From the NCBI GenBank assembly GCA_964549075.1, contig CAZJUB010000092.1:1-10344 (forward strand): a stretch of DNA of 10,344 bases, read 5' to 3'. Both the position numbers and the translations under genes were made by a program. The stretch is from an uncultured archaeon (lineage in GTDB: Archaea; Asgardarchaeota; Heimdallarchaeia; Heimdallarchaeales; Heimdallarchaeaceae). This document shows, piece by piece, positions 6,411 to 10,344 of the stretch (position 1 is the first letter of the stretch; the number at the start of each line of letters is the position of its first letter). Below the pieces are notes generated by a model. That model did no database searches, was not told the DNA's origin, and saw only the letters and a list, made by a program, of their open reading frames with translations.

Positions 6411-8696
6411 CTAAAAAAGAATTACAGGATGGTCAATAGGATATGGGTCTTCACTTTTAGATTCACCATCTATAAAATAACTTCCATTACCTTGCCAGTT
6501 TTCCCAATAGTTTCCTGTAGAAGTAAGCAGATTAAACCAAGTGCTATTTGTTGAATCATCATATGCTTGTGATATCCCTTCTAGTTTATTGCTTATGAAG
6601 TTATTAGAATAAATTGTGTTGTCAAAAGAGTCTAAGTAAATAACTAATGCATAGTTAGAATTTCCAATAAACTGGTTTTGATAGATTATTATTGATTCTG
6701 AAACATTTATCTTTATTCCAAATCCGTTTAAGTCTATTTTGTTTTGTTTTATACTACAATTAAATGATTCCCATACAAAAATACCAATTTCATTATTTGC
6801 GATTATTTCATTATTTTTTACACTTATCTCTCTCGAATCCCAAAGTTTTACTCCTATTTTATTATTTGAAATTTGATTGAATGAGAGTTCTTTGTAGAAA
6901 TTTTCTCCTTGGGTACCAATATGCTCTTCGTTTCGAAAACCTTCTGCATTCTGATAAAGTGTGTTATTTGTAACATTCCAATTTTTAGAAGAGTAGTTGA
7001 TAATGCCAACTTCATTTTCTATACAATAATTATCCTTTATCATAGAAGAGTTGCTTGTAAACTGACAGATCCCACTATTATAATTTCCATATAGTTCATT
7101 ATTTTGTATTGTTACATTTTTCATATCCGAAATCCAAATTCCATCACCACAAAACTTTGCTAAATTGTTTTCTAAAATAGCATTTTTACAACCAGAAACA
7201 ACTAATCCAAATTTCGAGCAATTCCAAAATTCATTATTTTGAATTGTGTGATTTTCTCCTCCAAAAATCTGTATCCCTCTTTGAACTCCAAATATTGTTT
7301 GATTTGAAATAGATACAGAATTACAGTCTTTGGTTATTATCTGTCCATATTTACTAGTGATATTCAATTCAGTTTCGTTTGTAAAGATCCCAATAGGTAA
7401 ACCGTTTACTAAATTATTATCTAGGAAAAGTTTATCAGAATCAGTATATGTGTATCCTCCTAAAATTTCTATTCCATTCCATGTGAAATTATTTGACCTT
7501 ACTGTACAATTATAAGTATAAGCTAATTCTAATCCCCTAATTTTGTTGTTACTGAGTGTATTTTCTACAAAAGTAAAATTATCACTATTATACATCCAAA
7601 TTCCTTCCACATTATTGATTATGTTACAAGAGGTTATTACTGAATTTGGACATGTATCCAATATGATAGCTGAACTTGAATTACTGATTGTAGAATTAAT
7701 AATATTTACATTGTCACAATCAAATATGTTAAGGCTGTCTCCATTCTTGTTTAGATTAACATTCAAAATTGTAATGTTTCTACTCTCAACTAAAGTTATG
7801 CCATTTGTTGTTTCTATAATTTCTTTATTGTAAATTGTAACATTTTCACATTTTACTAAATAAATTTGAGAGAATTCTGATGAAACACATAAATTACTTT
7901 CATTCTGTAAAAGAGCAATTTCCTTTCCTTGAATTGTATTGTTTTCAAAGACATAAGTACTGAAATCTTCAGAAGTCCAATGACTTAGTTTTATACCCCA
8001 TTTGTCGAATTTATTATTTTTTATTGTTGTTCCTGGATTTTGAACAAAAATACCACCACTATTTTTTTCAAAAATATTATCTGACAAAATTGAATTCCAG
8101 CTCCATAATAACCAAAGAGGTTGTTTTTCATTATTCTTGAACAAATTGTCTGTAATCGTTGAATCACTACATAAGTCAATGGTTGAAGAATCTTTGCTGT
8201 TTGTAACTTTATTATTAGTGAAAACCGATTCCTTACATAATCTCAAAGAAAATGCTTTATTATTTTTATCAAATTGATTTTGTTGAACAATTATTCCTTT
8301 ACTTTCTTCACAATATAAACCAACTTGATTGCAGTATTTTATTGTATTTTTTTCAATTATGACTGCATACTCTGCTGTTTCAGATATATATATCCCATAG
8401 TCTTTTGCTGAAACAAAACAATTTCTGATCTCAAAGTGTAGGGTTGTTGTACTAATATAAATTCCATGTGTTTCTCCTGTTGTGATATTTAGATTTTCAA
8501 TGATAAATGGTTTCTTTGAAGATCCTTCTCCTGAAAAACCATATTTAGAAAAATCTCCATCAGATTCAATGATTATATTATCATGAGGATTCAAATTTGT
8601 TTTTGGCATAAATAAAACTAGAAGAGAGATTAAAACACTTGTAGCGATTAGAAAAGAGAAAAGAATTGCAACATATTTCGTCGTAAAGAATTTCAC
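6411..8696 (-). CDS. N-terminally anchored right-handed parallel beta-helix repeat protein (NosD/CASH, pectin-lyase-like fold)
   Basis: N-terminal TM helix, PH..I.I.SD.DF..YGF.G.GS...PFIIENLNI cap, many GI.l..s.N.tI.NN repeats, and a C-terminal N.IY.NNFI.N...QAYDD...N.W...GNYW.NW.G.GSY.IDG....DPYP cap. GTG start. Confidence 0.88.
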   Translation of the reverse strand: MKFFTTKYVAILFSFLIATSVLISLLVLFMPKTNLNPHDNIIIESDGDFSKYGFSGEGSSKKPFIIENLNITTGETHGIYISTTTLHFEIRNCFVSAKDYGIYISETAEYAVIIEKNTIKYCNQVGLYCEESKGIIVQQNQFDKNNKAFSLRLCKESVFTNNKVTNSKDSSTIDLCSDSTITDNLFKNNEKQPLWLLWSWNSILSDNIFEKNSGGIFVQNPGTTIKNNKFDKWGIKLSHWTSEDFSTYVFENNTIQGKEIALLQNESNLCVSSEFSQIYLVKCENVTIYNKEIIETTNGITLVESRNITILNVNLNKNGDSLNIFDCDNVNIINSTISNSSSAIILDTCPNSVITSCNIINNVEGIWMYNSDNFTFVENTLSNNKIRGLELAYTYNCTVRSNNFTWNGIEILGGYTYTDSDKLFLDNNLVNGLPIGIFTNETELNITSKYGQIITKDCNSVSISNQTIFGVQRGIQIFGGENHTIQNNEFWNCSKFGLVVSGCKNAILENNLAKFCGDGIWISDMKNVTIQNNELYGNYNSGICQFTSNSSMIKDNYCIENEVGIINYSSKNWNVTNNTLYQNAEGFRNEEHIGTQGENFYKELSFNQISNNKIGVKLWDSREISVKNNEIIANNEIGIFVWESFNCSIKQNKIDLNGFGIKINVSESIIIYQNQFIGNSNYALVIYLDSFDNTIYSNNFISNKLEGISQAYDDSTNSTWFNLLTSTGNYWENWQGNGSYFIDGESKSEDPYPIDHPVILF

Positions 8697-8868
8697 TTAT
8701 ACTACACTTCTCAAATCTAGTGATACGTTCTTATACTTATATCCTTTTTTATTTTTAATACGCTCTGATTAAATTAATCTAGGAAGATTTGTTTTACAAT
8801 AATATTCTATTTCCAGTTAAAAAGCAATTTTTCAACTAAGAAAAAGATAAAAAATGATTTCCTTTCGT

Positions 8869-9483
8869 TTATCTATACCATTTTGTCACTTCTTCTACAG
8901 CAAATTTAGGTTCTCTCTCAGGATTTTCATCTGGATAACCTAAAGCAACAGCTGCTATTAAGGGACCTGAATATCCTATCTGTATACCGACATTTTTCCC
9001 AAATTCTTGTAAACTATCTCTCATTTCTGATTCTTGAATTTCGATACCAAGTATTTGTAATATAACTGGTTCAACAAAGAGAACATCATTTATCCAAACT
9101 GTTCCTAGTCCCATACTATATGCTTTCAATAACATGTTTTGAATTGCAGCTGATACTGATTGAATTTCAGGACTTATACCTCCCCATTCACAAGTTTGTG
9201 TTACTATGATGACTACTGGTGCTCTGTCCATGATGTTGTACGAATTATGAGCTGATGCCATCAATGGGATTTTTGGAATCTTATCAATTGTTTCTCTACA
9301 TGCTTCTACAAGTTTTGATTTTGCTTCTCCTTGAAAAACATGAAAGCGCCATTGAACTCGATTTTTTGCAGATGGAGCACGATTTCCTGCATCTAAAACT
9401 TCCAATATCTGTTCTTTAGTGAGAGATTTATCTTTATATCTCCTGATTGATTTTCTCTTCTTAATTACTTCGTCAATATGCAT
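8869..9483 (-). CDS. Nitroreductase family flavoprotein
   Basis: IKKRKSIRRY (FMN phosphate binding), APSAKN...WRF, APVVIIV, AAIQNMLLKAYSMGLGTVW and ALGYP motifs. Confidence 0.92.
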   Translation of the reverse strand: MHIDEVIKKRKSIRRYKDKSLTKEQILEVLDAGNRAPSAKNRVQWRFHVFQGEAKSKLVEACRETIDKIPKIPLMASAHNSYNIMDRAPVVIIVTQTCEWGGISPEIQSVSAAIQNMLLKAYSMGLGTVWINDVLFVEPVILQILGIEIQESEMRDSLQEFGKNVGIQIGYSGPLIAAVALGYPDENPEREPKFAVEEVTKWYR

Positions 9484-9531
9484 ATGATATTTACGAAATT
9501 GTACAATAAAAATATTTGTTAGAGCTTCTTA

Positions 9532-10080
9532 CTATACTTTATTGTGTTCTACTTCTTCTACTTCATCAGATTGACTGACTTTCTTGATTCTTTCTACGCC
9601 TTTATATTTTAGAATAAGCTTTACTACTTCTTCAGGAACTGCATCCTCCCATTTCTCTCCTCTTATCATCTCATCTCTTATTTTCTTCCCACTGTATTCA
9701 GCTCTACTAACTAAAGGAACCTTTCTGATTTCTTTGTGAGCAAGTTTTTCAAATAGTTCCTGTACTAATGGATTATTAGTAAAAACAACTTCAAAGCTAG
9801 GTACTAAATCGATTACATTTGCTGGCCAGATTGTATTTCTATTAATGTCTGGAATTGAAGCTATGTAAAATTTAGAGATATCGAATCTTTTTCTAACTAG
9901 GGCTGAAAGCATTTCAAGTCTTTCTCCACCAGTAAACGGATTTCTAATAGAATAAGCTTTTTCTCCACTGCCAATCAGAATTATTATTTCATCAATATCA
10001 GCTTGATTCAAAATATACTCAATTGCATGAATATGTCCTTTGTGTGGAGGATTAAATCTTCCTAAGTATAATGCTCTCAT
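9532..10080 (-). CDS. nadM: Nicotinamide-nucleotide adenylyltransferase (archaeal NMNAT)
   Basis: MRALYLGRFNPPHKGH (HxGH), DEIII.IGS, RNPFTGGER.EM, IPDI, V.TNNPLV..LF, R..YSG..IR..M..GE.WE..VP and GVERIK. Start moved from TTG 10122 to ATG 10080, matching the family N-terminus. Confidence 0.93.
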   Translation of the reverse strand: MRALYLGRFNPPHKGHIHAIEYILNQADIDEIIILIGSGEKAYSIRNPFTGGERLEMLSALVRKRFDISKFYIASIPDINRNTIWPANVIDLVPSFEVVFTNNPLVQELFEKLAHKEIRKVPLVSRAEYSGKKIRDEMIRGEKWEDAVPEEVVKLILKYKGVERIKKVSQSDEVEEVEHNKV

Positions 10081-10100
10081 TTGATAATAATCTAAATTAT

Positions 10101-10121
10101 AAGATAATATATCTTTTGGCA
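10101..10121 (-). promoter_or_regulatory. Putative BRE/TATA for a leaderless nadM transcript, overlapped by a 15-bp inverted repeat
   Basis: Minus strand reads GCCAAAAG-ATATATTA, with the TATA-like element about 25-32 nt upstream of ATG 10080. AAGATA-N3-TATCTT spans 10101-10115. Confidence 0.4.
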
Positions 10122-10136
10122 AAAGGCAAATGTTTC

Positions 10137-10343
10137 CTATTTAATCCCGTATTTGTTTCCTGTTTTTACAACCAATCCTTCCTTCTCCATTTTAAGTAAA
10201 ATGGCTTTTAGTTCCTTCTGTGTGCAGTTTAATGTTTCTAATAATTCATTCATTGTGGTGTTTTTGTTTTCGAGTAAAAAATTGAGAATAATTCATCTTT
10301 TTTCCCTTGTAGAACATTGAAACTTACTATTTTTAGCTTTTTG
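10137..10343 (-). pseudogene. 3' end of a short MutY-like (A/G-specific adenine glycosylase) gene with a C-terminal wHTH, interrupted by an in-frame TGA (pseudogene or sequence error); runs off the right edge
   Basis: Manual translation: QKAKNSKFQCSTREKR*IILNFLLENKNTTMNELLETLNCTQKELKAILLKMEKEGLVVKTGNKYGIK*. This resembles the recalled KQSKFEGS.RQ.RG.IL..L...L..LEKEG.I...Y tail of short MutY proteins. Internal TGA at 10293-10295; terminal TAG at 10137-10139. Confidence 0.6.
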
Positions 10344-10344
10344 T

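Noticed and set aside
6909-7833. Three short plus-strand ORFs (6909..7094, 7330..7515, 7543..7833)
   Set aside because: Antisense shadows of the Asn/Ile-rich beta-helix gene; their hydrophobic look follows from complementary codon bias.
6411-8696. Lower GC of the beta-helix gene as evidence of a horizontally acquired island
   Set aside because: Adequately explained by its Asn/Ile/Lys/Phe-rich composition; no flanking repeats, integrase or transposase were seen.
6411-8696. Assignment as true nosD (N2O reductase maturation)
   Set aside because: No nosZ/F/Y/L neighbours; only the generic beta-helix fold is supported.
2998-10080. Split NadM-Nudix (NMNAT plus ADP-ribose pyrophosphatase) system
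   Set aside because: The genes are about 6 kb apart on opposite strands, and the Nudix protein looks NudB-like rather than ADPRase-like.
10081-10122. N-terminal extension of NMNAT from TTG 10122
   Set aside because: The family begins at MRAL..GRF, and the extension covers the likely promoter.
10293-10295. TGA recoding (Gly as in code 25, or selenocysteine) to explain the in-frame stop
   Set aside because: TGA ends the Nudix gene at 3439-3441, where readthrough would run into the convergent gene. None of the nine complete genes has an internal TGA, the position corresponds to Gly rather than a catalytic Cys, and no SECIS-like hairpin was seen.
1-10344. CRISPR array, tRNA/rRNA, IS element or defence island
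   Set aside because: No regularly spaced direct repeats, no GC-rich structured RNA segments in the short AT-rich spacers, and no transposase or recognisable defence genes.

Overview
AT-rich prokaryotic window that reads as archaeal, most plausibly Asgard (Heimdall/Loki-like). This is inferred from an archaeal-type NMN adenylyltransferase, a GGTGA ribosome-binding site, TATA/BRE-like promoters, T-tract terminators, secreted proteins rich in N-glycosylation sequons and a NosD-type beta-helix surface protein. It holds nine complete CDSs: a DUF1028 Ntn-hydrolase with a PG-binding-like C-terminus, a surface-anchored tri-zinc PLC/S1-P1 hydrolase fused to a GIFT-like domain, a NudB-like Nudix hydrolase, a membrane-tethered wHTH regulator, an adjacent single-pass membrane protein, an M17 leucyl aminopeptidase, a beta-helix surface protein, a nitroreductase and an NMNAT. 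The right edge carries a gene end missed by the ORF track: a short-MutY-like C-terminus interrupted by an in-frame TGA. The best candidate for an undescribed system is the two-gene cassette at 3448-4641 (extracellular single-pass protein plus wHTH-2TM regulator) with tandem palindromes just upstream of its promoter, which resembles a ToxR/ToxS-type transmembrane signalling unit in layout. No RNA genes, CRISPR arrays or mobile elements were seen. All family calls come from motif recognition by eye, not database searches.
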